This document shows positions 11,414 to 24,594 of a stretch of DNA of 64,000 nt, in pieces. How positions within the stretch are numbered: position 1 is the stretch's first letter; each line of letters starts with the position of its first letter. Origin of the DNA: Isurus oxyrinchus (taxonomy: Eukaryota); assembly GCA_026770705.1 (NCBI GenBank), contig JANJGN010000011.1, positions 21,452,001-21,516,000 of the forward strand, written 5' to 3'. The translations under genes were made by a program, and so were the position numbers. The notes beneath the pieces are model-generated. The model searched no databases. It was not told where the DNA came from and saw only the letters and a list, made by a program, of their open reading frames with translations.

Positions 11414-14400
11414 TAAAACACTATACACCACATCCCCGCCTTTCTCAGTAATTGAGAGACATATATTTCAATGATTTGTCTCCAAAGTCTAAAGAAAACA
11501 CTTAAGCTTAACGAGAACATTCAACTTATTAAATATTCCAAGTCTTGTATTAATTTACCAAGCACATAGTTATAGTCATTTACAGCATAGAAGGAGGCCA
11601 TTTGGCCCTTTGAGTCCATGCTGGCTTCCCACAGAGAAATCCAGTCAGCGCCACCCCCACTCTTGATCCCTGTAGACCTGCAATTTTACATCCATTAAGC
11701 ACCCACCCAACTTCATTTTGAAATCATTGATTGTTTCTAATTCCACCACCCTGTGGTCAGCAAGTTCCAGATCATTACCACTCACTGCATTAAAAAAAAG
11801 TTGTTCCTCACCTTCCCCTGCATCTCTTGCCCAAATCTGTGTCCCCTAGTCCTTGTACATTAGCTAGTGGGAAGCGTTTTCCCTTGTCTACCTTATCTAA
11901 GTCTGTTGTAATCTTGTACACCTGTTTTAAACCTCCCTTTAATCTCCTTTGCTCTAAGGAGAACAATACCAGTCTTCCCAAGCAAACCTTGTAACTAAAC
12001 TGCCCCCACCTCCCAACATTCCTGGAACTAAACTGGTAAATCTCCTCTGCACCTTATCTTCCCTGCTTTTGTACTCAATGCCTCTATTTAAGTTATATAC
12101 AATGCGATGAAAGACTTGTTAATCAATTGAAAATAGCTCACTTTGTAACCTTTTCAAGGAATACGTAACCAACTTCTCCATTAGCTCTTGGTCAATGCGG
12201 TTTGATTTTTTGATGAGTGAAACTTAGTTTGGAAATTTACTGAACTCTTTGCAGTTGAATGGAGGCCTATTGTCACTTCTGACCATTTGTGGGATTCCAA
12301 ACAAAGCAAAAAACTGCTCAAGTTTTGGGATGAATGCTTTTGATGAAGTAGACATAACTAATTCCATGAATGGGAATCGGCTGTAGTTGTCAGTGCCAAA
12401 AGCAGATGTTCACCATTGTGCAAGTCAACACTAACTTCAATCATGGTCCTAGAGGTAGTTTAGGCACCTTGAAAGGATCATGAAGATTTGACATTTTCAT
12501 TTCATTTGCTATTAGGAGTTGTTTGGTTTTGACAATTCCCTGGTGATCTTCATGTGCTACATCAACAGCACATTCTCTCAATGATTGTGAGATGACAATG
12601 CAATTATTCTGTAACACGAGATCAGATGTCATTGTAATGGTGAGCTTGTGTCGAACATTGTGAAGACCTGTAGTGTGTGAGATTTCATTTGTAGATGCTC
12701 TTTCAATCATGTCTTGGCAGTTTTGTGAGCCGTCATATGTAGTTGCAATGCTTCATCTTGTTTTGTTGCCACTTTAATGCCAGCTAGTTTTAGCAATGTT
12801 TGTTTAGCCACATTTAGGTTTACGTAGTTAAGATGTTGTTCAGCAACCTTTTCCCCACAACTAGTGGGACTGACACCACTGTGCCTAACGGATGCTGTGA
12901 AAGATAGTCCACTGGCTTCAGCTTGCCTGGCTGATACTCAACAAGGAACTTGTACTCTTGTAGTTTGAGTATCCAATGCTCTATTCAAGTAGCTGGTTTG
13001 CTTTGTGGGTTGTTGAACAAGTTTACTAATGGTCAATGATTGGTTATGGCTTCAAACTCGCTGCCATGCAAATAGAGCTGAAAATGTGAGATACCTCATG
13101 TGATTGAGAGCGCTTCTCTCTCTGTTTTTGAATAATGTTGCTCTGTAGGTGTTAGCGATCTGCTTTCCATCTCCACCAATGATGGGTTCCCTGCCTTGTC
13201 TTTTTGCATGAGAACTGTACCTAAACCAACTGGGTTGGCATCCACAACTAGCTGGATGGTTTTTTGCAGGTTCAAAATAGGCATTTTTGCAATTTGCTGA
13301 TAACCGTTGTTTTATCTGGTGTACTGCCGGTTTGTATAATGTAGTCCACTCCCACTTGGCGGTCTCTTTTGTCAGATCGTGTAAAGGGACCGATAGCATA
13401 GCGAGGAGAAGAATGAAGCAACTACAGTACTTGATGAGTCCTAACAGACTCTGGACTTCCTTCATGTTTGTAGCATCCGCAACATTTGCAATGGCTTCAA
13501 CTTTCAGTGGATCAGTTGTTACCCGTTCAACACTGAACACGTGAGTGATTGAAGAAGCACTTGTTTTTGCTCAAGGTGAGGTTACATTCTCTAAGATGTT
13601 GTAGGCATGCCTCGAGTTCACCTTCTGTGCAAACGTAGATGAGAATGTCATTACCAATGTTCAGCGTGCTTTCAAGCCCTTGAAGTGCAGACTGAATCTC
13701 GTGCTGAAAAGCCTCAGCTGCTGAATTGACTCCAAAGTTGAGCCTCTTGTATTGAAAATGTCCAATGTGAGTGGAGGTTTCAGATACCTTGATTCTTCTG
13801 CAAGCAGGATTTGATGGTATCTGCATTGAGATCAAGCTTAGTGAAGTGTTCAGCAACATGGACTTTATGATGCCACCAATTGTCGGTGCCAAGTGTCTTT
13901 CTCGTTGTATGGCTTGGTTTGATGACTTCATATCAACACAGCCTCTAACCTGGTTCTTGCTCTTAGGTTTCATGAGACCTAAGGTGTAGACTCAACCCCA
14001 ACTTTCTCCATAAATCAAGGTCAAATTGACATTGAAGTTCCTTCACACTCTGCTTCCTGACATGAAATGGTATTCACTGCCAGTGATGCACTACTGGGGA
14101 CAAAATGGGGTCTACATGCAACTTACATGTAAAATCTCTCTGTTTGCTGATACCAATGAAGCAGCCAGCACACAATTCGAGAATATATCCATATGATATC
14201 CATAGGAATCGTGTTTGTGATGGCAATCGTGCAGACCTGTTGCTGTGTGAAAACTGATGAGCGTGTTACATTCTCCAGATATGACAAAGCACATATTCAT
14301 CCTGGTGTCTATGAGTGAAATTGGCATTTCAAAAGTCCTGTGAATTTTCAGTGATTTCATGATTGTAAGGGAAAGTTTTTGTGTTCCTTGGTTTGCAGAA

Positions 14401-15717
14401 AATGAGGCAATCCTGAAGTTTGCTGAACGTTTTGTCTCCCATGACATTGACAGATGCTCCTGTGTCTATGAGAGCATCTATGTCCGAACACCCAATGGTT
14501 ACTGTCATGCATGGCTGTTTGCTGTGTCTGAAAGAGAGCACAAAAGTATGTTCAGGGCCATCTACCTCAATTTTGGCTACATTCTGTTGCCCTTTTCTGT
14601 TGGTAGTGGTCTTGGTAGTTGATGAGCAATAAACATGAGCAAAATGATTGGATTGCCTACAAGCTTTGCACTGTTTACTGGTAGCAGGACACTCCGTGGC
14701 ACTGCCACAGTGGAAACATTGTCGCTGTTCTGTTTGTGAGGCTGCTGTTGTTGCTTTACAGGTGGGTTCCTGGCACATGGGTGATGAACAGTGTTTACAG
14801 GAGTTGAACTTGGAGTGATATTTGGCAGCCTCAACTTCTGTAGCTCTGGACTTAAAGCAAAAGTGAGCTTGCTAACTCCAACAGCTCTGGCAGTTTTCTG
14901 TCTTTCTCAAATGCTTTACAGCATAGTTGGCTAGAGGGACAACCTTTGTTGATTTGTGTTTTTATTTCCCTTTCGACATTTTCAACTTCACCAAAGTCAC
15001 ATTTGGCTGCTGGTCACCTCCAGCGTGGGCAAATACAGGTCAATTGTTTCATTAGCTTCTTGCTTTGTGCGTCTGAAGATGATTGATTCATGTATTGTGT
15101 TTTTCTTGGGCATAAAATAGGATGTTAGTGCATTGGTTGCTGAGTTGTAGTAATTTTGCTGAGGTGTAAATGTTTCAAAAATGTCTTCTAATTCTTAACT
15201 GCCTTAGTGGAAAAGTAAGCCTGTTCTCTTTTGTCCTCTGTGATAGCAAAATGCCATAGGCCCTTTAAAATGTTACAGCCACTTTTGCCAACATGGAAAT
15301 ACAGATGGCTCTAAAGGTACTTCAAATGTTGATAGATTGGGTACGGGCAATGCCATTTTTATCAGCTACAGGGATGAAACTTGTCTGTAAAGCTTTCCCG
15401 CTTGTTTGCTCTGAGCTTATGTGTCTTTGAAACAGCCTAAGTGTTTCTCTAAATCTGCAACTTAAAGTGTTGTGTTCTCTGCAGAAAGTAGGTAAAACCC
15501 TCAAAATTCACACCTTCTTATTTTGCTTTATCTTCCTCATCAGTGTGGGGTTCTTGGGACTGGAGAATTAAAAGTCCAAGAGCAACATGGCTTCTTTATT
15601 GAACAGCTTCTTCATACTTTGCTCCTGCTTGCAGACTTCCTCTGTTGGTACAATTGTATATGGTAGCTTCAAGTGAACAAAATGAACATTACGCTTTTCA
15701 AAACACTCTGCACTACA
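11414..15717 (-). mobile_element. Ty3/Gypsy LTR retrotransposon, decayed
   Basis: Domains in order on minus: gag knuckle CFHCG..CKAC..HFAHVYC, protease ALIDTGASVNV, RT YKRLNFGVNSAAEAFQ / IGNDILIY, RNase H VDANPVGLG..YSKTEREAL, integrase AHEDHQGIVKTKQLL. A PPT (AGAAAGGCGGGGA) abuts TGTGGTGTATAGTGTTTT at 11432, which resembles the 5' LTR start TGTAGTGCAGAGTGTTTT at 15717. Confidence 0.9.
11575..12090 (-). mobile_element. CR1 LINE 3' fragment nested in the Gypsy
   Basis: CR1 3' UTR end (aaatggcctccttctatgctgta on minus) plus upstream ORF2 tail. Confidence 0.7.
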
Positions 15718-15927
15718 GAAACGTTACCCTGAGGCCACCAGGTTGATTGGCCAGGGAATTGGAAATATGAAATAATAAAAGAAAATGCTGTAAATACTGG
15801 TCTAATAGGGCACAGTATCCAGGTAAGGCATATTGTTGTCACAGAGCAGAGAAAACTTTACCCTGGCAGGACTGAATGTTGATATTGAGTGCCTGAATGG
15901 TAAGTTGTTCCACTTAACAGAAGTAAT

Positions 15928-16680
15928 GGGCAAATTCCTGTGGCGGCAGTGAGCATCTTGGCTGCTGGCTGGAGAGCCGTCAAGACCCACGTGTCACCTT
16001 ATTCGAGGGTGTTAGCTGCATCTTGTGCCACTCATGCACTTGACAGGCCAGCAGCAGGCATTCCCCTGAGATCAAAGACCCCGAGGGCAGAAATCCTGCC
16101 TGCTGTGGATTGGATTGCCAGCCAATCAAATGTCTGTATTCCTCCACCAGGGGAGAGGTGGTTGTCACTGCCAGTACTGCAACCACCTGAGGCCTGAGAT
16201 AAACAAGGGAGCCAGGCACAAGTTAGAGATGGTGCAAAGTGGATTACAGGGGAGGGGGGCTGCAAGGGCAGTATGTGGTTCTCAGCTACCTCTGCACCAA
16301 CCCACCCTCCCCCCCCCCCCCACCACTTCCAAATGCTAGGTCCCTTGATCAGACAGAGTGCTTTTGAATTAGAGACCCTCTTGGGGGCCCACGAGTAAAC
16401 ATGCTAAGGTTTGTTTGTCATGTTCTCTGCATGGAAAGCCCCCCACCCACCACAGGATTATACCAGTGATGGCAGGATGAAGCTCTTAAGTGGGCATTCA
16501 TTGCCCACTTAAGGGCCTCAATTGATGGTGGAGTAGGAAGATTGTCCATGGCTCTTCCTGCCACAGACTTAATAAAGGCGCGGGTGGGAAGGTAGCAGAG
16601 TCCCCACCAACCATCCTCCCGCCTGTTTTAAATGTCCCTGCCATCTAACTCATCACAGGAAAGGGCACAAGATTCCATTC
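15928..16680. mobile_element. MITE-like non-autonomous DNA transposon
   Basis: gggcaaattc left end and internal palindromes (cttaagtgggc/gcccacttaag). Similar to 24965-25563. Confidence 0.5.
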
Positions 16681-17194
16681 AAAATCCTTCATTTTGCTGA
16701 ATACAGAATCACGGGGGGGAGGGAAACCTGAGATGCAAAAGGCATTATGGTAAATGTGTATGCCATAGAATAAAATGTCTTCCTTTTGCATAACTTCATT
16801 TGTTCTGCTTTCAGTTGGAAAATCAAATTTTGCCAAGCTCAAAAGTGGCTCTGCTACACAAGTAAACTTTTAAAGGCTGCTTTTTAAAAAAATATAGCTT
16901 TAATGAAATTTAAAAACCACACTAGTCAAGTTGCAAATGTTAAATATTCTCCAGGTTTATGTTGCCTTGTGTGATTTAACCTGAACTTGATGGTGTATGT
17001 ATGGAATGGAAATCAATAGTACAGAAAGTTGGATGATCTATGGTCAGTGCCAGTTTTATACCTGGGCAGCTGATTGAACATCCATCCCATCATGTCACTG
17101 CACCCTCAATATAGGGCAGTGCATTGTAATGCTTTACAATGCTGATGATCATTAGGGAGATGTTCATGCAGAGCCACTCCTTTTCTGTTGATAG

Positions 17195-17377
17195 AAGAAG
17201 CTACTTGACTCTTCATGAAGCGGATCCTGATGAATCATGGGAAAGCAGCTCAGGCGAACTGGAGCGACGGGGTCGACTGGGAAGTGAAGTTGGCTGCCTT
17301 TCTGCATCTACCTCTACCGAGAAATGTGACATCTTGGACAGTCTCCACCTGAACTTCACACTTTCCAACAAGCTTAG
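17195..17377 (+). CDS. OCA2: OCA2 (P protein) internal coding exon, equivalent to human exon 4
   Basis: tag|...|gtaacc, 183 bp, phase 2/2. Encodes RSYLTLHEADPDESWESSSGELERRGRLGSEVGCLSASTSTEKCDILDSLHLNFTLSNKLR, which aligns with recalled human OCA2 [49 protein letters not shown]. Confidence 0.93.
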
Positions 17378-17664
17378 GTAACCAATGCCCTTTACACTTT
17401 GTTCAATAGTTTCCTACTGATTATTTGTTTTATTTTTTATTCTGTTTTCTCCCCTCCTGTCACAAAGGCTTTAATCGTGCTTGACACAGTCCCATAGGTG
17501 AAAACCACACTTTAGCTTGTTTAAGTGGCCATTGTTTGTGTGTAACTACATAGTCACAAAATCTGTTGCCTAGCCTCTGACTCTATCCCTCCAACCCAAT
17601 GTCTGAGGTTTATGTACATGCAAACATACAAATTAGGAGCAGGAGTAGGCCACCTTTGCATCCT

Positions 17665-17970
17665 TGGGGTATTATTTGACCCCAAGCTGAACTTCTGAAC
17701 TCTTATCTCCTCCATTACCAAGACCACCACTTTCGACTACAGTAACATCGAGGCTGAAAGCCTCGTCTATTCCTTTGCCACCCTTAGGCCTGACTGTTCC
17801 AACCCTTGCACCCTCTATAGACTTGAGCTCACCCAAAACTCTGCACCCTTTATCCAAACTTGCAACAAGTCCTATTCACCCATCACCCTTGTACTGATCT
17901 ACGTTAGCTCCCAGTCTGGTTACTCCTCAATTTTAAAATTCTCATACTTTTTTTTTCTCAAATTCCTCCA
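17665..17970 (+). mobile_element. L2 LINE 3' fragment
   Basis: ggggtattatttgacccc..., catcacccttgtact and ttttaaaattctcat motifs shared with the L2 at 30210-30930. Confidence 0.6.
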
Positions 17971-19404
17971 GGCCTCATCACCACCTCCCCCCGCCCCCCC
18001 ACCCCACCCCCCCCCACCACCCTCCACCCCCCCCCCCCACCCCCTGCCCCCGCCACCATGATTTTACTAGGGCAGGTGGTGGGGGGGTGCTTGGGTGAGG
18101 CCTAGGGTGGCCTGCCTGCCCTCACTCAATTATTGGCCACTTTAGGCTGCAATCTTTAGGCCAGTTGGAGGAGATCAGTTATGTATGGTCGCCCGGCAGG
18201 TTAGTCTGCTCAGGCCTCAGGTGGGAAGGAGTGGGGGCTCCTTCTTCATGGACCCTCTTTCCCGATCAAGGGCCCTGCCCAAGGTCTGCTTTCCCCTTTC
18301 CTGCCCCCATCACCATCTCCTCCTCCATCAACCACCCCCCCCCACCCCGCCCTGCCCCAACCGGGTACCCAGCTCCTGCTGGCATTTGCAACCTGACACC
18401 CGCCCCCACTCCACTGCAGCTCCCCACCCTGGAGCTTCCTCTTTTGCCTTTGCTGATAGACCCCAGGACTTAGCTGCATTCTGGTCTCCTGGCACTTTGC
18501 TCTGTGGAACTTGGTGTAGCCCCAACAGTGGTCATGGCTCCTGATGATGGGGCTGCATTTTGTTAAGAAATTAACAAATTGAAATTGATTCTTGATCAAT
18601 ATCTTATCCTGGAAGTTAACGATGAAAAAAAGTAGCATTACAAGTTCAGCCTGACTGAAATCCCTGTTTATGATCCCCAATCATTTAAGTTCAAATTGTG
18701 GCCTAAGATATTAGTAACAAGCTATTACGAAATTCCTTTATGTCCTCTTTATCAAATATATTATTCCATTCATTTTAATCAGCATAATGCCTTCTTTAAA
18801 GGACCTGACTAGGGAATCTCAAGCATGTTTGTGCTTTTGAACGAATGCTACATTGCGTGATTTCAACCTTCATGACCATCAATGTTATCTTCGTTAACAA
18901 AGGTTTTGAAGAAATTTGCATCTTCTTGCTGAAGGTGGCAGTAGTGGATTATCAAGAAAAGAGTGGTGGTACTAGTGAGGTTACAAATTCAAACTGAAAA
19001 TTTGGTTAGTAAATATAAATGAATTAATGGATACCAGCATTGCCGGGTTGATTGATTGAACTGAAGTGGCACAGTTTCAATAGTTATTTACATTTTAGTT
19101 TTTGGAATGAAATGCAGTTTCTGTATAACCTACACAGCTCTTCCAACTAATAAATGAATTATTGATTTCACTGCCCCAAATTATTGCTATATTTATGGAT
19201 ATCAGTGCATTCCATTTTGAACACTATAGTATAAATAAAATTCAAACTGTGGCCCTTCGAACTAATTCTTTACATTTGCAGATATGGACATATATTTGTA
19301 TGCATGTAATATTTATGTGTTTGCATGCATGTATATATGAAGTTAGCTGTTGAAGTGTTGCTATAAAAGAATGAGGAGTGTCCAGGGTAGGAAAGGAAGG
19401 GATC

Positions 19405-19630
19405 ACATGTTATCTTCAGTGCCCTGGTGAGGTCGTTGAACTTCTTTCAGGACTGCTGCACAGCCCCAGAGGTGAGGGATTTGACACGTGGTACCACTTT
19501 CCTCTAGAGGGCATGGATGTATTCCTGGCTGACCTGTTACCACCCATATCTTGGTACCTGTGCCTCCTGACTTCAATTTCCTTGAAGAGGTCTTGGAGGC
19601 TTTCTTCTCTTCCTGTGCATCGCCATGCCC
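19405..19630 (-). pseudogene. Harbinger Myb/SANT-like ORF remnant
   Basis: The minus strand gives SLQDLFKEIEVRR and, after frameshifts, QQS*KKFNDLTRALK, resembling the QC-KKFNDL helix of Harbinger/MSANTD DNA-binding proteins. Confidence 0.5.
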
Positions 19631-19759
19631 TGCTGCATTTTCTGGTTGCTTGGTGCAGATGCTGCTGTTGTCGAAATAATTCTCAAAGTACAATGAAAAG
19701 CTTGATGAACCACCATTGAGTGAAGTCATTTGAGAATCTTGTGTACGAGACAAGTGCCT

Positions 19760-20995
19760 TGGACAGGATTTTTTGCTTGCGAGTTGGGCAGCTCGAGTTG
19801 GGACATTTCCTAGCTCAGAGTACCCGCCTTGGGGAGAAAAGTGCCCAGAATGGCACGTTTCATTCTGGGAGGTTGGGTGGGTGTGGGAAAGGGTCGGGCC
19901 CACCATCCTGGATGCAGATTGCAGGTGCCCATGAGTGCCAAGGCAGGCTGGTTAAAAGACTTCATCCTAGTTATTTTGCTAAATATTAGGCCCTCTAGTC
20001 TTCAATCCTCACACCACTTCACTCCACCACTGACTTGCCATGTCCCATCCATGCCAACTCATGCCAACCCTTGCACCCAACATCCTTCAATTGCACCCAT
20101 ACCCTCCATACCAAACCATTTGCAAGGCCCTTTAAAGCCCCATTTCAACTGTGTCAACACCCACCCATCCCCATGGCCCCTTTGCCACCTTAGTGCCAGT
20201 GCATGCAAACTCATATCCTCCATCCACCACCCTTTGCCCTTACACTCACCATGCCAACACACCTAGTGTCTATCCACCATAGGCAGATCTCAGGAGCGAG
20301 GCTGAGATGAAGTGAAATAATGTTCTAAATATTTATTATAGACTTTACTACATAAAGTAACTCCCATCTGTGAAAGCTCATTCAATACATTTAAACCCCA
20401 TTGAGTACTTAATCCTTATAAAAACACACATTTGTATTCATAACCCCACATTCAAGACAGCTAACCATTTTAATAACCTCTTTCAGTTGTCAATTAAACT
20501 GTGAACTTACAGCCACCCACTGTGATAATGATAGGTTGTGGAAAGCAGTCAAGCAATGCTACAATAATAGCACTTAGGGTACTGTCAACAAAATCTATTG
20601 AAACTGTTAGAACAGATTTTCTTTACTCAGACACAGAGAGGCAGTTTTTTCTTTGCGATTTTAAAAGGGATTTAAATAATGTGACAGCTTGAAAGCTCTA
20701 TATAATTTATCCACCCATTAATAGCATTTAAGGCTCCACCATAAAGCCGTGGAACACACACTGCATGTTGAGGCTGTTCCTGGAGCGAAAATAAGGTCTG
20801 CTTGTCTTGTGCATTGAGTTTTTAAATGGCACAGCCAATTTGTAATTTGGGCCTGTGTGCTTCATGCCCTGCCCCCTTTCCCCTACCAGTGAAAATGGAA
20901 TCTGCTGGAAATGTGGGCAGGTCTTCCGGACCCAGGTCGTGTCTGCTATTTTTAAAAGTCGGCAGACTCTCCACGACTCAATAAAAATCTGGCCT
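19760..20995. mobile_element. MITE-like element
   Basis: Ends ggacaggatttttt and aaaaatctggcc. The interior is related to 21790-23020 and 57915-58750. Confidence 0.5.
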
Positions 20996-21789
20996 TATAT
21001 TCTTTCCTCATTGCCTCCTGATGCTGAATTTTGTAGGCTGTATTGTCCTTGTAAAGGTGACTGTCCAGTTACCATGTGCTGCAGATAATTACCCCTAAAA
21101 GTGAAAGCCTTTCTAATCGGCATAACATCAGTGCATCTGTGAGGAAATCTCACTGCTTTGCGTACATTTTGTGATTGTTTAAATCAAGCACCGTCTAGGA
21201 AGTGGTATAGTTGCAAATTGTTCTGTCTGACTTATTTCATAGTGGGGAAACAGCTGTAAATTTGAATAAAGAGGTTTCTCAATCAGCAAAACTGCGTCAG
21301 CAAGAACAGCCCTGTGACTTCCAAGATAAAAATAATCGCTGAATATTAGATTTCACCAATTACATTCTGGAACAGCTTTTATCCCACTGAGGAAGGTAAC
21401 AGCAAGGAAGTGTCACTAGCTAGATGTTCTTGCCACTAGATGTGATAGCAATAGACTCTGATGAAGAGCTGTACATCAGTAATGTGTAAGGTAAGAGACA
21501 GCTTAATGGGAAGTGCTGAGTGAATGTAAAACGAGTGTAGAGCAGGAAGTAGTTACACAAACATAGTAGCTTGGGGAAATACAGCTGTATCTCCAGAATA
21601 AAGTAAGATGTCATCAAATTGAGAGCCTTTACAACCAACCTTTGAACTATTCAAGAGTGCAGTATTGGGTGCATGCATGTGAGGTGCTGAATTAACAGAA
21701 GGTAAAGGCCACAATTACTAAAACCTTGGCTTCACAAGTTGATCAAAGAAAAGACACATGCTCTTGTCCTTTACTTGTGATATTTAAAC

Positions 21790-23020
21790 TGAATAGATTT
21801 TCCACAGATTAATAGATGTATCTTTGCGGAAATGATGACAAGATGCCTGGATTTGGAAGTCCCACCCTCAAACCTGGTTCCCACCATTTTCACAGGGGAG
21901 GGGGAAACAGGCGCAGGTTCAAGTTTACACTTCTGTGGTTCGTGGAGGCAATTGTACATGTTAAAGTGCAGTCAGATCCAATTTTGGCTAGAGGTATGTC
22001 TAAAACACGGTGTGTGCACTTTAGACTGGGTAGGAGAAGATCTAAAGATATCAGATTTCTTTGGAGAGGTCAGGTACCCTTTTGGTGTGGTCCCAAGACA
22101 CCTTTGGGATTAGTAAAGTGCCTTTTGGGAGTAGTAAGGCGTCATTTGGGAGAAGGTTGGTGCTCTTTGGGAGTGTTAAGGTGCCTTTTGGTATTGTTAG
22201 AAATGTGAAGTACATAAACTCATTAGAACTGTCAAGATAGCAGGCAAGCTGTCAAGGCATTTAAATCTCCTGCCTTTTAAATAAAAAAGGCAGTCTGCAA
22301 TGTTAAAAACATTTTTTTTTGCTTTTTCACTCTGATATAAGCCTCAGGGTTATCATTACAAGATTAATGCTGCATGGCTGATGTCACAGCCTTTCATAAC
22401 CACAGTAGAGTGACTGCTGGTTCAGTTTGACAGCTCCAAATGCTCTTTGAAGTGGGATGATGAATACAAGTGCTTATTTTCATAAGGGATTAAACACATT
22501 TAAATGTAATGAATGAGACTTTTTATCAATGAGAATGTTTTTGAAATAGTGAATTAACCAATAGGCATTTAAGAACTTTATTTAATCTCAGCATGGGTGC
22601 TGAGGTCTGCCCACGGTGGTTGCTGGGTGAGTTGGCATGAAAGGTGTAAGGGCAAAGCTTGGTGGGTGGGGGAGCATGGGTTGGCACTGAGTTGGGGGCT
22701 TGGGCTATGAAGGGCCATGGGGTGGGTGGTGGGGCATAGGTTAGCATGGGGGGTATGGGGGCATGAGGTGCCATGGGTTGGCATGGATGGGACTTGGGGT
22801 GTGTATTGGGGGTGAGGGGGTGTGAGTGGTGAGGGCTGTTTTTTGTTTTTATTTCAGTAGCCTCGACAAAGTGCCGGTGCACTGATGCTAGCCTTTTGCT
22901 CAGCCCACTTGGCACATGGCAGCCTCCAAACTCTTACTGGGGTCGCTGCCATGACTCCTGCTTTCACCCACTCCCCACTCTCGACCCGGGCACTTTTTCC
23001 TGGATCAAGATTTCAAAGCT
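21790..23020. mobile_element. MITE-like element (same family as 57915-58750)
   Basis: Shares gctgtcaagg..tttaaatctcctg..ggttatcatta..ttgacagctccaa..ttttatcaatgaga blocks with 58380-58740. Confidence 0.55.
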
Positions 23021-23189
23021 GGGAATTGCTCCGGTTCTGTGCTCCCAACATGGGATTGAGTGTGTTTTCTTCATCCTGTGAAAGAGAACCTTTAGAATAC
23101 TGAAGTGGTAGTGACAGGCTAGATGTTATTATTGTAAATGCTTTTCTAGAACTGTTGCTAATTGTGTTTCTGCTGGGAATTAACCTTTC

Positions 23190-23900
23190 CAATATGTTTA
23201 ATGGAGATTTTTTAAATTATGAAGGGGTTTGTTTCTACTTGTGGGAGGGATCCAAATTATGCCCATAAGTACAAAATAGCCACAAAGTTCCTTCACTTGG
23301 AGAATGGTGAGAATGTGGAACTCACTACCCCAAGGAGTAATTAAGGTGAATATCACAGATGTATTTACAGGGGAACAAGATAAACACATGAAGGAGGAAG
23401 GAACAAACGCTAATAGGATTAGTTGGAGAAAGTGGGAGTAGGTTCATGTCTAAATGCTGGCATAGACAAGTTGAGCTGAACAGCCAGTTTCTGTGCTGTG
23501 AAGTCTATGTAATATATGGAGAGGGCCTACAGAAGGGCTGCCACATAGGCCAAACAACATGAGGGATGCTCATGGCTCTGTACCTACCTATTCAATGGTG
23601 TCTGCGCACACATCTACAGTGGGATTGGCACCCCACATTGGCAGATGAATAGCACAGGTGGAAGCCTGGTGAGTGGAATGTAGCATTTCATTTAGATAGT
23701 CATTCATAGAAAAAAAACATACAAACATAGAAAATAGGAGCAGGAGTAGGTAAATTGGCCCTTCGAGCCTGCTCCGCCATTCAATATGATCATGGTTGAT
23801 CCTCTATCTCAATGCCATACTCCTGCTCTCTTCCCATGCCCCTTGATGCCTTTAGAGTCTAGAAATATATCTATTTCCTTCTTATATATGTTCAATGGCT
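23190..23900. mobile_element. CR1 3' fragments (23190-23510 +; 23715-23900 -)
   Basis: gtgagaatgtggaactcactaccc (WNSLP) motif and the CR1 tail aacatagaaaataggagcaggagtagg. Confidence 0.65.
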
Positions 23901-24377
23901 TGTATTATATTTAGTAAATTAAAATTGTTATTATATTTAATAAATATAATGCGCATCATTTGAATGGTTCTCGCTGGAGGTCTGACTTCTGATTGATATA
24001 TAATGGTTAAGTTTGAGACTTCTTTTTGGCTTTCTGTATCAATTGAAGAGGAAGCTAACTTTAAGACTAAGTAGTGCATTGAAGTACAGTACCTTCCCAT
24101 GTTCAACAAAGGCAGCTTGTATTTATATGTTGCTCTTACCATAGTGAAATGTTCAAGGCACTTCACAGGAGCATTATCAAATAAAATTTGGTACCAAATC
24201 ACACAATATTGTCACATATTAGGTTAGATGACCTAAGAAGAAGACACCCTGACAAGGCGCAACCCTTGTCACTTTGTTTGGCTCAGGATCTTTCTTCAAA
24301 TGATTAAATAAATTGGGTATAGCTTGTGGCAACATGAGATTTGTGGCTCAAGTAACCAATGGCCCATTCTCATTGTA

Positions 24378-24478
24378 CTTTTCCTTAACATTTTTAAATA
24401 AAGGAGAAAATGATGGAGGTACTGATTGGCTGTGTACCTCCATCATTTTCTCCTTTATTTAAAAATGTTAAGGAAAAG
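24378..24478. repeat. Perfect 45-bp inverted repeat with 11-nt spacer
   Basis: Arm 24378-24422 is the exact reverse complement of 24434-24478. Confidence 0.95.
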
Positions 24479-24594
24479 AATAAAGGCAGTTTATGATGTT
24501 TGGACCCTTCCCCAGTCTTAGGTGGTAACTGCTTCTCACCATGGATAAAGGAGAAATGTGACAAATTCTGTCCATAAATTCATGCAACACTCAA

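Noticed and set aside
17985-18055. Poly-C/G runs (also 16305, 46035-46100, 59140-59190)
   Set aside because: Low-complexity tracts inside repeats. G-quadruplex potential alone is unremarkable, and run lengths may be sequencing-error prone.
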